Assembly: GCA_046538485.1 (NCBI GenBank)
Contig: JBKHIT010000027.1
Span: 1-61,090, forward strand
Source of the DNA: Candidatus Brocadiia bacterium
GTDB lineage: Bacteria; Planctomycetota; Brocadiia; SM23-32
Direction: 5' to 3'
Length of the DNA stretch: 61,090 bases
The position numbers and the translations under genes are program-made. Below, in pieces: positions 60,739-61,090 of the stretch (within the stretch, counting starts at the first letter, position 1; each line of letters starts with the position of its first letter). Below the pieces are notes generated by a model. That model was given only the letters and a program-made list of their open reading frames with translations. It searched no databases and was not told the DNA's origin.

Positions 60739-60846
60739 AGTGCGGAGTATGATGGAGGAAAAAGGCCACAAGCGGACCCGCGATTTTCGGGTAAGTATTC
60801 AGTGAACCACGTTGACCTTTCTTCGGTACGCCGGGTCTCCTGCGGC

Positions 60847-61041
60847 CCTGTGCCGGAGGTTCTACGATTAGCCACTATGTGCGGTGGTAAAAACGCAGCC
60901 CTCCGGCGGCCCCGCGCCGGTGGAGGCAACGGATTAACAAACATTTCGGATTTGAGTTCAGCAGCCGGGTCTGGGAGTGCAAAGTTCGATAAGCGCGGCA
61001 CACGCTTCCGCTGTTCAGTACGTTGCTTCCTCCGGCACAGG
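60847..61041. repeat. 195-bp segment bounded by a perfect 13-bp inverted repeat
   Basis: CCTGTGCCGGAGG at 60847-60859 and its reverse complement at 61029-61041; no TSD seen. Confidence 0.45.
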
Positions 61042-61090
61042 ATGTTGACATATGTCATGAAAGGCGAATGATGAGCTTCTGCGGCATTCT

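Overview
A 61 kb bacterial chromosomal window. It is probably from an uncultured Planctomycetota/PVC-type organism, inferred from the DUF1559/H-X9-DG and prepilin-like proteins and the many glycoside hydrolases. Housekeeping genes (ctpA, mtnA, apgM, gatA, rpsU, AICAR transformylase, icd, proC, cyclophilin, aroK, P-type ATPase) are mixed with carbohydrate-active enzymes and uncharacterised accessory loci. Main points: (1) a Tes/GDGT-MAS-like radical SAM gene that has lost its N-terminal metal ligands, overlapping a UbiA prenyltransferase gene; (2) a three-gene operon behind a consensus sigma70 promoter, encoding a 1615-aa degenerate-M28/MacB-FtsX fusion, an OPT-like transporter and an unknown membrane-anchored protein; (3) an orphan type I-E-like CRISPR mini-array whose first spacer is split by a ~545-bp non-coding insertion, which when removed restores an exact 32-nt spacer; (4) a CbbQ/CbbO-like AAA+/VWA pair with no Rubisco or Nor client in view; (5) a family of composite repeats, GTAG-type REPs, MITEs with target-site duplications, and several gene fragments. 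All calls are from reading motifs by eye; no database searches were run.
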